A stretch of DNA of 56,784 bases from an uncultured Gammaproteobacteria bacterium (GTDB lineage Bacteria; Pseudomonadota; Gammaproteobacteria; Enterobacterales; UBA3532): positions 1-56,784 of the forward strand of contig CAXFCR010000002.1 of NCBI GenBank assembly GCA_964001325.1, in the 5' to 3' direction. Below are positions 1 through 9,440 of the stretch, piece after piece. Numbering within the stretch: position 1 is the stretch's first letter; every line of letters starts with the position of its first letter. Below the pieces are notes generated by a model. The model was given only the letters and a program-made list of their open reading frames with translations. It ran no database searches and was not told the DNA's origin. Made by a program: the position numbers and the translations under genes.

Positions 1-892
1 CGCTTTCCACCGTTATTTGCAAACGAACGGCAATAACACTACCCCAGTCAACCACAGCTGGTGCATCGACATAATCAGCTGCGTTAGCGACCAAATATTG
101 GATATTCAGGCCGGTCACGCCAGGAGCAATTTCCTGAGCACCGGTGCGCGTCGCGCGATACAGGCTGGGCCTCCCATTGCTTCCCTGGCCAATGTACCAA
201 GCAGTGGCATTCAACCGAACTAACTGGGAGTGCGGGCTATATTCATAAGGTGTACCGTTGGTGGTGCAGTTGCGCGGAATACCCAGCCCTTTGGTGCAAT
301 TACCTGTTGAGCCAGTACCCGTGTTATGCACCATGGTTTCAGATGCGTCACTGGCATTGGTGATTTGGAAAATACTGGCTTGACTATAATCACAAGCCAT
401 CACAATATCGTCATCGACTATGCCATGGTCGGTAGTATTAAGTTTAAACTGGGCGGAAGAAGGAACATGATCGACAATGGTTAAGGTATCCATTCCACTT
501 CCCGATAGAAGTTGAATAGCATCGGTTCCAGCAAGTCGCTCACTAACGCTGTCGCCAATAGCCACACCACTGAAAGCCTGGCTGGCATCATAACCTCTAA
601 CCGCATCTCCCCAGGTTGACCACCAAACTGTGTCTGCGTTATTCAATACATTCACGACAGGGAGATTTTTGGCGCAAACGGTGCTGCCAGCTTCGCGTAT
701 TTCCCGTGCCATAAATTCAAATGACAAGCGAATCGACTCTTGCATTCGCGATAACTCATCGGTCGTACGAACAGCGGTTTGGTTGGTGGTGAATACCCCC
801 ACCATAGCTGCGCTCAGAATAAGGCCAAGGGTCATTGCGACCATTAACTCAACCAGAGTGAAACCGCTTTGTTTGATAGGAAATGATTTCAT
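1..892 (-). CDS. pilW: Type IV pilus minor pilin/assembly protein PilW (C-terminus cut by window edge)
   Basis: Absent from the ORF track because it runs off the window. ATG at 892 overlaps the pilV stop (ATGA). It translates MKSFPIKQSGFTLVELMVAMTLGLILSAAMVG..., a prepilin-type leader (G|FTLVELMV) plus hydrophobic helix, and stays open to nt 1. It lies downstream of fimT/U and pilV as in fimU-pilVWXY1E operons. Confidence 0.85.
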   Translation of the reverse strand, partial: MKSFPIKQSGFTLVELMVAMTLGLILSAAMVGVFTTNQTAVRTTDELSRMQESIRLSFEFMAREIREAGSTVCAKNLPVVNVLNNADTVWWSTWGDAVRGYDASQAFSGVAIGDSVSERLAGTDAIQLLSGSGMDTLTIVDHVPSSAQFKLNTTDHGIVDDDIVMACDYSQASIFQITNASDASETMVHNTGTGSTGNCTKGLGIPRNCTTNGTPYEYSPHSQLVRLNATAWYIGQGSNGRPSLYRATRTGAQEIAPGVTGLNIQYLVANAADYVDAPAVVDWGSVIAVRLQITVES

Positions 893-1344
893 GGGCGCCC
901 CCGAGTTTCAACCAGCTGCTCGGTGTCGCCACCGCTTCCTCGTGAATCATCCCAGCGTATTCGTACCGTGCAAACCTCTGCTCCACACTGCACGCTACCA
1001 CAGGCGTCTTCCCCCATGGTTTGTTGAATACTCGCGAGCCAGTAGGCCAGGTTTTTCTCCGCCAAACTCGCTCCAGTTGGCGCAGCACAGCCACTACCAG
1101 GAAAATCCAGTTGATATTGTCCGGCCTCAAATCCTGCCATATCCGAACGAATGGCATCCAGAATTGAATAGGTATACATGACAGCCTGACTGCGCTCCAG
1201 CGAACTCTGGTTGTTTTTCAAACCAACGGTCTGCATCCCCGCAACCCCCAAAAGGCCCATAGAAAAGAGAAACAGAGAAACTAACACCTCAATAAGCCCG
1301 ATACCTGCCTGGTGTTTGCGGCTAGCTCCATTGAATCGATTCAT
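889..1344 (-). CDS. pilV: Type IV pilus modification/minor pilin protein PilV
   Basis: 151-aa ORF with an N-terminal methylation motif (...HQAG|IGLIEVLVSLFLFSMGLLGV). Size and position between the GspH-like pilin and pilW fit PilV. There is a 4-nt overlap with the pilW start. Confidence 0.8.
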   Translation of the reverse strand: MNRFNGASRKHQAGIGLIEVLVSLFLFSMGLLGVAGMQTVGLKNNQSSLERSQAVMYTYSILDAIRSDMAGFEAGQYQLDFPGSGCAAPTGASLAEKNLAYWLASIQQTMGEDACGSVQCGAEVCTVRIRWDDSRGSGGDTEQLVETRGRP

Positions 1345-1361
1345 ATCCTGATCCTCCTTGA

Positions 1362-1943
1362 TTAAGGGTTGCAGCTGCCACTGGATGACTCAACTGAAAA
1401 TGAGCCTCCGGGCAGAATAGAAATGTTGCGGATATTCTCACCTACTCCGTCGATGCACAGGCTAATATTGCCAGACAACAGATCGCCGGCATTTGGCCCC
1501 CTAACGGTACCATCGGGCTTGAAGCTGATCAGGTTGTCCAGGTCAACAATAGAGGTACTGGCATCGAGCTGAATTCGAGGCTCTGTTAGGTTGGAAAGAA
1601 GAATGGTTTCATCGTTGTCGACCTCGCCATCACGATCAGCATCGATAAACACGAGCCAACCTTCCCAGTGGCCGCTCCCAGAAGAACAACTGGTATTATC
1701 GGCACTACGACACAAGGTAACTCGGGCATTATTTTTGACAGCCTCGGTGCGGGCTAGAGACATGGCGGAAATCAGCTCGTTCGCTTGTCCAGCCAAGCGG
1801 TTGCTGTTAACAGTGCTTTCGAAGCTGGGGATAGCAATGGTAGCGATAATACCGGCGATGGCTAGCCCTATCATTAACTCTACTAATGTAAAGCCGTGGG
1901 GCAGCCGTCGGCAAATCAGCGACTGACGTTTTCTTGAGTACAT
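1362..1943 (-). CDS. GspH/FimT-family type IV minor pilin (FimT/FimU-like)
   Basis: 193-aa ORF with prepilin leader RLPHG|FTLVELMIGLAIAGIIATIAIPSF and a GspH-type body (NRLAGQANELISAMSLARTEAV). It is first in the minor-pilin operon. Confidence 0.8.
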   Translation of the reverse strand: MYSRKRQSLICRRLPHGFTLVELMIGLAIAGIIATIAIPSFESTVNSNRLAGQANELISAMSLARTEAVKNNARVTLCRSADNTSCSSGSGHWEGWLVFIDADRDGEVDNDETILLSNLTEPRIQLDASTSIVDLDNLISFKPDGTVRGPNAGDLLSGNISLCIDGVGENIRNISILPGGSFSVESSSGSCNP

Positions 1944-2423
1944 AGCAACAACCTACAAATTTTTATTTATTGTTTATTTGTTAGATTGCTCAACCGATCG
2001 AGTCTTAGCAACAGCGTATCGTTATTATCTGGATATTTATGTGTTCTATTTCTCGTTATTTATTTCTATTTAATTATGTCTAAATATCCATTTTGTTGCT
2101 CGACGAGTTTCGCAGCAGAGCAAAATTTAATCTACTACCCCATAGTACAAAGGTCAACCAGCAAAAAAACGTCACTATCAGACAAATAGTTAGCACTTCA
2201 TCCTATTGGATGAGTTAACTTCTGACAAACGGAGGTGACATGTTCGATAAACGGTGCGTTTCAGCGACGTCATATTCTGACCCACCCGCCGTAGAGCTGA
2301 AGAAGTTTTTTTGCTTTTGTTAACAACAGACCACTGCTGCTGCAACAAAACTTGTCCTAAACAGGCTTTAGTCTTACCATTGGGTCGTTTTTCTCTACTA
2401 TTAATTAGCTTCAGGAGCGCCTT

Positions 2424-4262
2424 TTGGCCAAGAACTCCCCGTCGGGGTTTAAAACCTACCTTCAAATATTGCAGTACCTCAAACGCCATGCAGTCCTTCT
2501 GATTGTCAGTATCGTCGGCTATGCCGTGTATGGTGCCACCCAATCTGCTTTTGCCTCCATAATGAAGCTGCTGATCGAAGCCCTGGAAGAAAGCGCTGGG
2601 AAAGGCTATATCCAGATCCCGCTGTTAATACTGGCTATATTCATTGGTCGGGGAATCGGGTCTTTTCTTGGCGATTACTATATCGCCTTACTCCGCCATA
2701 AAATTCGATTTGAACTGATTAGCGAGATATTTGACAAAGTGCTCGGCTTCACCGAAAGCTTTTACACCAAAACACATTCTGCGGATGTGCTAACCAAGCT
2801 GAATTATCACGTCGTCGAATTCACCACGACTGCAACACGCTCACTCAAAATCATACTCCGCGAAGGAGCCACCATCATAGGGCTGATTGGTTACCTACTC
2901 TATTTGAATTGGAAACTGAGTTTACTGCTGCTGGTTGTGTTACCGGTTATTGGCATATTGACCAACTATGTTGCCAAGCGCTTTCGTAAGCTAAGCCATC
3001 GCATCCAGGACAGCGCCACCGATGTCACCCAGTGCGTGTCGGAAACCATCCAAGGACACGAAACAGTAAAGCTGTTTCAAGGACAGCATATGGAAAAGCA
3101 GCGCTTGCTCGAAGCCGCCAGCTACAACTTCAAACAAAATGTTAAACTAGCCCTGACGGAAGCTCTGAGCATTCCCGTTATTCAATTTTTTGTAGCTTTC
3201 TCATTGGCCGGTTTGGTTTTTGTGGTGCTGTCACCGACCATGGGGGTGCAAATGTCCGCAGGTGAAGCTGCGGCTTTTCTAACCGCAGCTGGCTTACTAC
3301 CTAAACCTCTCCGCCAAATAGTGACCGTCAATAGTATGATTCAAAAAGGTATCGCGGCGGCTCAAAGCATTTTCGAGTTAAAGGAGCAGCCAGCTGAGCA
3401 AAATACCGGCACTCAGAAGCCCTGCATTCAAGGCAATATTGTCTTTGATCAAGTGAGCTTCGGCTACGGTAATGACGAGCTGGCGATTGACAACCTATCC
3501 CTAATCATTCCCAAGGGAAAAGTGACGGCGCTAGTCGGTCCTTCCGGCAGTGGCAAGTCAACGTTGGTCAAACTGATACCCCGCTTTTACTCTCCAAGCT
3601 ATGGCGACATTCAAATAGATAACATCAGTACCAGGGATATTGAACTTGGCCATTTGCGCAGTCATATTGCCTTTGTCAGTCAGCACGTTATGCTCTTTAG
3701 CGGTACTATTCGTGACAACATAGCTTATGGCCAGCTAAATGATCAGCCATTAAGCGCAGTTATCGAAGCAGCCAAAGCCGCCAATATCCATGACTATATT
3801 ACCGAGTTGCCCGATGGCTATGACACAATAGTCACCGAGCAAGGGCAAGGCTTTTCCGGAGGACAAAGACAGCGCATAGCCATAGCTAGAGCCCTGCTAA
3901 AAGATGCACCGATACTGATTCTAGATGAGGCAACATCGGCATTAGATAACGAGTCAGAAAGAGCGGTGCAGAGCGCACTCAAGCATATCATGCAAGGGCG
4001 TACAACATTGGTGATTGCCCACCGCCTATCCACCATTGAAAATGCCGATCAAATTATTGTGATGGATCGCGGCCAGATTGCCGAAGTCGGAACTCACCAG
4101 ACGCTACTTGCAGCCAATGGCATGTACAATCAGCTTCATAAAGGCAACCAACTACATCAAGACAATCAACTAGCCCATGACACTCAAGCGCATCAGCATG
4201 CCCCAATAGAACAGGAGCATGATAAAGCAGCGAGGCAAAATGACGAGCAGCCAGGTAGTTGA
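2424..4262 (+). CDS. msbA: Lipid A/LPS flippase ABC transporter MsbA (fused TMD-NBD) with a Q/H-rich C-terminal tail
   Basis: 612 aa. Six-helix exporter domain, then Walker A GPSGSGKST, signature FSGGQRQRIAIARAL and Walker B ILILDEATSALD. TTG start with AGGAG 6 nt upstream. It heads the waa cluster. Confidence 0.85.
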   Translation: MAKNSPSGFKTYLQILQYLKRHAVLLIVSIVGYAVYGATQSAFASIMKLLIEALEESAGKGYIQIPLLILAIFIGRGIGSFLGDYYIALLRHKIRFELISEIFDKVLGFTESFYTKTHSADVLTKLNYHVVEFTTTATRSLKIILREGATIIGLIGYLLYLNWKLSLLLLVVLPVIGILTNYVAKRFRKLSHRIQDSATDVTQCVSETIQGHETVKLFQGQHMEKQRLLEAASYNFKQNVKLALTEALSIPVIQFFVAFSLAGLVFVVLSPTMGVQMSAGEAAAFLTAAGLLPKPLRQIVTVNSMIQKGIAAAQSIFELKEQPAEQNTGTQKPCIQGNIVFDQVSFGYGNDELAIDNLSLIIPKGKVTALVGPSGSGKSTLVKLIPRFYSPSYGDIQIDNISTRDIELGHLRSHIAFVSQHVMLFSGTIRDNIAYGQLNDQPLSAVIEAAKAANIHDYITELPDGYDTIVTEQGQGFSGGQRQRIAIARALLKDAPILILDEATSALDNESERAVQSALKHIMQGRTTLVIAHRLSTIENADQIIVMDRGQIAEVGTHQTLLAANGMYNQLHKGNQLHQDNQLAHDTQAHQHAPIEQEHDKAARQNDEQPGS

Positions 4263-4272
4263 GAGAACCACT

Positions 4273-5415
4273 ATGCAACTCGCTTTTTGTTTATTTAATT
4301 ACTACCCCTATGGCGGACTAGAGCAAAGCTTTCTCAACATTACCAAAGAAGCACTAGCCCAAGGACATGGTGTGGATGTCTATACCCGACGCTGGCAAGG
4401 CGAGATCCCAGAGGGCCTGCACGTGCATCAGGTTCCTTTCTCGGGTCTGACAAATCACGCTCGTTGCGAAAGCTACGTGAACAACCTTCAGCCGTTACTT
4501 CGTCAACGTCAATTCGATTTAATCGTCGGCTTTAACCGCATGCCAGGCCTGGATCTTTATTACAATGCCGATGTATGTTTTATCAATGCCGCAAAACGCA
4601 ACAAGTCACCCCTTGCAAAGCTAACCCAGCGCTATAAAACCTATGCGGCATTTGAACGCGCCGTTTTTTCTCCAGATAGTTCAACGCATATTATGTATAT
4701 TTCGGAGAGCGAAAAAGCCAACTATATTCGCTGCTACAACACCCCCGAATCACGCTTTCATTACCTGCCACCCGGTATAAACAAGCCCAGAATTAAACAG
4801 GCATTAACCGAGAATACGCGACAGTCGCTGCGACGAGAACTATGCATTGCTCCTGAACAAAAAATGCTGCTAATGATTGGCTCGGACTTTGTGAGAAAAG
4901 GCGTTAAGCGGGCCATTCAAGGCGTCGCCGCCCTGCCGGAGTCATTGCAAGCTCAGGTAAAACTGGTCATTGTTGGACGTGGTGCCACCAAGCCCATGAT
5001 AAAAGAAGCGCAAAAACTGGGGATTAGCAACAAAGTAAATTTTGTTGGTGGCCGCGATGATGTTCCACGCTTTTTAGCCGCCGCCGATTATCTACTCCAT
5101 CCCGCCCTATCAGAAACAGCGGGCAATGCCATTTTAGAAGCCTTGGTAGCCGGACTTCCGGTGTTTGTCAGTCAGATCTGTGGGTTCAGCTTTCATGTCG
5201 CCGCGGCCGAAGCTGGAATGGTTTTCAACGACACCCCATTCAAACAAACAGCATTTAATCAGCAGCTCACCGAATTTCTAAGCTCCTCCGACTATAGTCG
5301 ATGGAAACAAAATGGATTAGACTACGCAGAAAATACAGACCTATACAGCCGTCCATCATCCGCTGTCACCATTATGCACAACGTTGCACAAGCCAAGAAA
5401 GACGCATCCATTTAA
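4273..5415 (+). CDS. waaG: GT4 glycosyltransferase, LPS core glucosyltransferase I-like (WaaG)
   Basis: N-terminus MQLAFCLFNYYPYGGLEQSF resembles WaaG N-termini. The C-terminal GT4 motif is HPALSETAGNAILEALVAGLP. ATG 4273 was chosen because the upstream in-frame ATGs overlap msbA. Confidence 0.75.
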   Translation: MQLAFCLFNYYPYGGLEQSFLNITKEALAQGHGVDVYTRRWQGEIPEGLHVHQVPFSGLTNHARCESYVNNLQPLLRQRQFDLIVGFNRMPGLDLYYNADVCFINAAKRNKSPLAKLTQRYKTYAAFERAVFSPDSSTHIMYISESEKANYIRCYNTPESRFHYLPPGINKPRIKQALTENTRQSLRRELCIAPEQKMLLMIGSDFVRKGVKRAIQGVAALPESLQAQVKLVIVGRGATKPMIKEAQKLGISNKVNFVGGRDDVPRFLAAADYLLHPALSETAGNAILEALVAGLPVFVSQICGFSFHVAAAEAGMVFNDTPFKQTAFNQQLTEFLSSSDYSRWKQNGLDYAENTDLYSRPSSAVTIMHNVAQAKKDASI

Positions 5416-6224
5416 TGATCTACCAACTCGATAAATCTATTCAGCAGCACTTCTCACAAAACAAGACCTTCGATGAGATCATGGCCCTGACCGGCACAAC
5501 CGTGCGCGATAAAGATGGTAGACATACCTTCGAGTTCACCTTAGGCGACAAGGCGTATTTCATAAAGATATTTCATGGCATAGGCTGGAAAGAAATATTC
5601 AAAGAACTCAGCAAAGGCAGACTTCCCATACTGAATGCAGCGAACGAGTGGCGCACGATCAACCGCCTTCATCAGCTCGGCATCAACACAATGACCACCA
5701 TGGCATGCGGTGTTCGGGGCTTCAATCCGGCAGGACAAGAGTCTTTTTTAATTACCAAAAAGATCGAGAATACCACCACGTTAAAAGACCTCTGTGCAGT
5801 CTGGCCGCAACAGCGACCAAGCTTCCGCTTTAAATGTTACCTGCTATCAGAAGTAGCCAACATGGTGAAAAGGCTCCACCAAAGCGGCATCAATCATCGA
5901 GACTTATATATCTGCCATTTTCGGATTAAGCTTGATGATATTGAAACCCAGAAGCCACCACTATATCTCATGGACCTTCACCGCGCCCAGCGACGAAATG
6001 CCGTGCCAATGCGCTGGCTAGTCAAAGATCTGGGGGCGCTTTACTTCTCTGCTGCAGACATAGGGCTAACCAAAACCGACTGGCTACGCTTTATCAAAAC
6101 CTATACCGGCAAGCCGCTGCGCCAAGTATTTAAAGAGCAAGACAACCTGTGGCACCAGGTACGTCTTCGTGCAGAGAAGTTTTATCGCCGTGACTGGAAA
6201 CGGCCCATGCCACAGCATTTTTAA
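5415..6224 (+). CDS. waaP: LPS core heptose(I) kinase WaaP/RfaP
   Basis: Start ATG overlaps the waaG stop (TAATG). The sequence has FIK...GWKEI...NEW and the catalytic loop HRDLYICHF typical of the WaaP/Kdo kinase family. It follows waaG as in Pseudomonas. Confidence 0.8.
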   Translation: MIYQLDKSIQQHFSQNKTFDEIMALTGTTVRDKDGRHTFEFTLGDKAYFIKIFHGIGWKEIFKELSKGRLPILNAANEWRTINRLHQLGINTMTTMACGVRGFNPAGQESFLITKKIENTTTLKDLCAVWPQQRPSFRFKCYLLSEVANMVKRLHQSGINHRDLYICHFRIKLDDIETQKPPLYLMDLHRAQRRNAVPMRWLVKDLGALYFSAADIGLTKTDWLRFIKTYTGKPLRQVFKEQDNLWHQVRLRAEKFYRRDWKRPMPQHF

Positions 6225-6234
6225 GGAGTCAGCC

Positions 6235-7416
6235 ATGCTTGTTTTTATGATTTCTACCGACTATTTACCCAATATTGGCGGTATTGCCGCCCATATTTAT
6301 AACCTTAGTTATGCCATGGTCAAGCTAGGGCATACCGTTGCGGTCATTAACCCTGTTGCCAGTGATAAAGCCGATATCAACATGCATCAACACGAAGGTA
6401 TTTGGGTGGTTAGGGTTGGCGTTAATCAAAATACACCGGCTTTTCGCAATAAAATCTATCGCAAGCGCCTGTTTAGCAAAGCCGCCAAATTAGGTATTCT
6501 CAAAGCCAAAGAGAAACTGGGAACACCAGATATTATTCATCAACACGACTATCAGGACACCACCAAGGCATGTTGTGAATTCTCAAAGCAGACGCCGTGG
6601 ATCTGGACCAATCATAGTTCGCGATTCTTACGCGACTATCAGCGCAAGATGAAGATGAAATGGATTCGCCATTCCTACTCAAAGACCTCCGGCATTATTA
6701 CCGTCAGTGAAGAGTTGCGCGACAAGACCCGTCACCTGTGGGGTAATATCAGCGACATTGGTTATATCACCAACGGGGTTAATACCGAGCGCTTTCATCA
6801 CAATGTCGAGGCCGATCGTTCTGCCTACCAATTAGGCGATGACGAGTTTGTCGTGCTTTGTCCTCGTAGAATGGCGCGCAAGAATGGCGTTTTATTTTTG
6901 GCCAGAGCGGTAGATTTGTGCCTTGAGCAAGCTCCAGAGATCCCATGGAAGTTTGTTTTTCTTGGCAGTGATGCCGCCATCAATACCCATGCAGATTACA
7001 TTGAGGAGATCAAATCAACCCTGGTTCAGGCAAATGAGAAAGGCGCAATTAAATACATGGGCAATATACCATTAGAAAAAATGCCTGAGCTAAATGCCTT
7101 GCCTGATATTGTGATGATGCCATCGTTGATGGAAGCGGTAAGCCTTTCAGCACTGGAAGGTATGGCCAGCCGAAAAGCCATGGTTACCACTAATGTCGGT
7201 GGACTGCCTGAAATCATCCACCATGAGCAAACTGGACTGTTGGTGCCACCAGAAAACCCAGAAGCTATCGCCGAGGCCCTTATTCGTCTGGCTCGCGATC
7301 CACAGTTACGCGAAAGCGTTGCCTTGAAAGGGCAACAACTAGCGCAGGAAAAATATAGCTGGGATGCCGTGGCCAAGCAGACAATTGACTACTACCAGAA
7401 AATCGTTAAGGCTTAG
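6235..7416 (+). CDS. GT4-family glycosyltransferase (LPS core biosynthesis)
   Basis: ATG 6235 with AAGGAG 8 nt upstream. N-terminus STDYLPNIGGIAAHIYNL and C-terminal PSLMEAVSLSALEGMASRKAMVTTNVGGLPEII (E-x7-E GT4 motif). Confidence 0.8.
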   Translation: MLVFMISTDYLPNIGGIAAHIYNLSYAMVKLGHTVAVINPVASDKADINMHQHEGIWVVRVGVNQNTPAFRNKIYRKRLFSKAAKLGILKAKEKLGTPDIIHQHDYQDTTKACCEFSKQTPWIWTNHSSRFLRDYQRKMKMKWIRHSYSKTSGIITVSEELRDKTRHLWGNISDIGYITNGVNTERFHHNVEADRSAYQLGDDEFVVLCPRRMARKNGVLFLARAVDLCLEQAPEIPWKFVFLGSDAAINTHADYIEEIKSTLVQANEKGAIKYMGNIPLEKMPELNALPDIVMMPSLMEAVSLSALEGMASRKAMVTTNVGGLPEIIHHEQTGLLVPPENPEAIAEALIRLARDPQLRESVALKGQQLAQEKYSWDAVAKQTIDYYQKIVKA

Positions 7417-8179
7417 CTAAACCGCTCGCAGCCCTTCTAGCCATTTTTTTGTTCCAGCGCTGCGAAGTGGCGAAAGCAAGCGTTGAAATAAGTTCTGAAA
7501 GCTCAGGCCTGTTCCACTGCGGACAGACCTGATGATACAACGAGAGGAATCGCAATCGCTCATGCACCGAAAAAGCCTCCAAGCTGTTTAGTTGGCGTAA
7601 ATTATTATATGCCAATGATGCGGATATGAAGGGCCGTTGCTGGTTCTTTTCATTGTCTAGAAAGGTGATAGAAAAATCCCCATCCAACCAAGAAATCAAT
7701 AAGTTATCACTATTCAGATCGCCATGATAAATGCGTCTGCTATGCATTGTTCCAATACTCTTAGCCAACTTGGCAAGCAATTGGCGTCGCAATGCGAAGG
7801 TCAAAGGGGTCGTATCATTGAGATACTCGGTTTGGAAGACTTGTTTAAGCGTACGACCAACGATAGTCGGCGTGATAATAAAGTCGATACCATTCTGCCT
7901 CCCCCATAAGCAAATTTTCGGAGCCTCTAAGCCATGTTTCTCCATAAGCTGGTTCTTGAGGCGATTCATTCGTATCGGCGACTTGCCCAACCAAGTCTTC
8001 CAGCTTTTAGCGAAACACTTTAGATAGAAGTTGCCACTCGTATGGCGAAATACCTGGTCCCTTGATCCAGTGGTTAGCCCACTCCATTGAGCCGAATGAT
8101 TACGCATTAGCAGCTCACGGACGGCCTCAACCAGCTCGGGTTGAGGGGGACTATCATAGCGAAGATAGTTCATAGACAT
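7406..8179 (-). CDS. Lipopolysaccharide kinase (Kdo/WaaP) family protein
   Basis: 257 aa with catalytic loop IYHGDLNSDNLLI. Start overlaps the waaF stop (TGATG). Confidence 0.7.
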   Translation of the reverse strand: MSMNYLRYDSPPQPELVEAVRELLMRNHSAQWSGLTTGSRDQVFRHTSGNFYLKCFAKSWKTWLGKSPIRMNRLKNQLMEKHGLEAPKICLWGRQNGIDFIITPTIVGRTLKQVFQTEYLNDTTPLTFALRRQLLAKLAKSIGTMHSRRIYHGDLNSDNLLISWLDGDFSITFLDNEKNQQRPFISASLAYNNLRQLNSLEAFSVHERLRFLSLYHQVCPQWNRPELSELISTLAFATSQRWNKKMARRAASGLAKP

Positions 8180-9204
8180 CAGTCGTGCTGATCAAGCACC
8201 ATATTGATAGATTTAATAACCCGCGCAGGCTCCAACTTTTTCAAACAATCCAGGTGTCCCAAAGGGCAATCACGCTTAAAGCATGGGCTGCATTCCAGCC
8301 CTAGGCGGACAATGGCTTTATTGTCATTTAGTGGCGGCGTAAATTCTGGTGAACTGGAGCCATAAACCACCACCAAGTTTCGCTCCAACGCTGCCGCAAC
8401 ATGCATCAAGCCCGAATCGTTGGAAATAACGGCGTCAGCAACGGATAATAGATCAACAGCTTCAGCCAACGAAGTTTCACCCGCAAGGTTATTTGCCGCC
8501 CCATCCAACATTTGCCGAATATTTTCACAGCCAGGGCGATCTTTGGCCGAACCAAAAAGCCAAACCTGCCAACCTTCCTGAATTTTGGTTCGGGCCACCT
8601 CGGCATAGTATTCTGGGGGCCAGCGCTTTGCTTCACCAAACTCGGCACCAGGACAGAGGGCCAGAACAGGCGCATCACTAGTCAAGCCAAATTTCTTGCG
8701 TGCAGCAGTGACATTTTCGCTAATACTAACCAACTCTGGCCGAGGAAGCTGGCTAGGAAGTTTTGTACCTTTCGGATATGCCAAAGCAATAAAACGCTCA
8801 ATCATCAACGGATATCTGGATTTATCGAGTGGCCGAATGTCATTTAATAATCCATAGCGCATTTCACCGCGCCAGCCTGTGCGCTTGGGGATCTTGGCCC
8901 ACAGCGGCACCAATGCCGACTTTAGGGAGTTTGGTAATACAATAGATTGTTGATATTGATGTTCTCGCAGCGCCTTGCCCAGTTGGTGGCGCGCTTTTAG
9001 CGCCAAACTACCATGCCCTACCGGCATGTCGATGGAGCGATTTACCTCAGGCATACGCTCTAAAATCGGCCTGCTCCATGCAGGAGCCAGCACGTCAATA
9101 ATGACATCTGAATATTGCTGCTTAAGTACTTTAAACAGCGTTTGAGCCATCACCATATCGCCAACCCAGGATGGGCCAACAATCAATATTCGCTGCTCCA
9201 TCAT
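8179..9204 (-). CDS. waaF: ADP-heptose:LPS heptosyltransferase II
   Basis: N-terminus RILIVGPSWVGDMVMAQTLFKVLK and ...LPNSLKSALVPLWAKIPKRTGWRGEMRYGLLND are near-identical in pattern to E. coli RfaF. Confidence 0.9.
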   Translation of the reverse strand: MMEQRILIVGPSWVGDMVMAQTLFKVLKQQYSDVIIDVLAPAWSRPILERMPEVNRSIDMPVGHGSLALKARHQLGKALREHQYQQSIVLPNSLKSALVPLWAKIPKRTGWRGEMRYGLLNDIRPLDKSRYPLMIERFIALAYPKGTKLPSQLPRPELVSISENVTAARKKFGLTSDAPVLALCPGAEFGEAKRWPPEYYAEVARTKIQEGWQVWLFGSAKDRPGCENIRQMLDGAANNLAGETSLAEAVDLLSVADAVISNDSGLMHVAAALERNLVVVYGSSSPEFTPPLNDNKAIVRLGLECSPCFKRDCPLGHLDCLKKLEPARVIKSINMVLDQHD

Positions 9205-9426
9205 TTATTCGCTTGCGCCATCGAGAATAAATTTATTACCACAATAGGGACAGACGCCTTCACCCGTCGCGTCAACTGGAATGTAAACTTTGGGATGAGC
9301 ATTCCACAACGTCATATCTGGCGTTGGGCAACTCAGTGGCAACGCACTGGGCTTAACATGAAACACTTTATGTTCCTTTTGAGCCGGTGCCGCCTGTTGG
9401 GCCTTTTTAGCTGACGCTCCGTCCAT
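9205..9426 (-). CDS. Small zinc-finger (CHCC-type) protein
   Basis: 73 aa with C-terminal CPTPD...HPKVY...GEGVCPYCGNKFIL, a four-ligand Zn-ribbon pattern. Its stop abuts the waaF start with 0 nt between them. Confidence 0.6.
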   Translation of the reverse strand: MDGASAKKAQQAAPAQKEHKVFHVKPSALPLSCPTPDMTLWNAHPKVYIPVDATGEGVCPYCGNKFILDGASE

Positions 9427-9440
9427 TTCAATTACCTCTG

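Noticed and set aside
18-31. TGCAAACGAACGG shared between pilW coding sequence and 45079-45093
   Set aside because: A 13-mer match at this window size is at chance level. One copy is coding and the other is intergenic, and there is no extended similarity.
2190-2543. 117-aa minus-strand ORF spanning the msbA start region
   Set aside because: It overlaps the msbA 5' end and promoter region, has no recognisable features, and is Lys/Arg-rich as expected for the antisense of AT-rich DNA.
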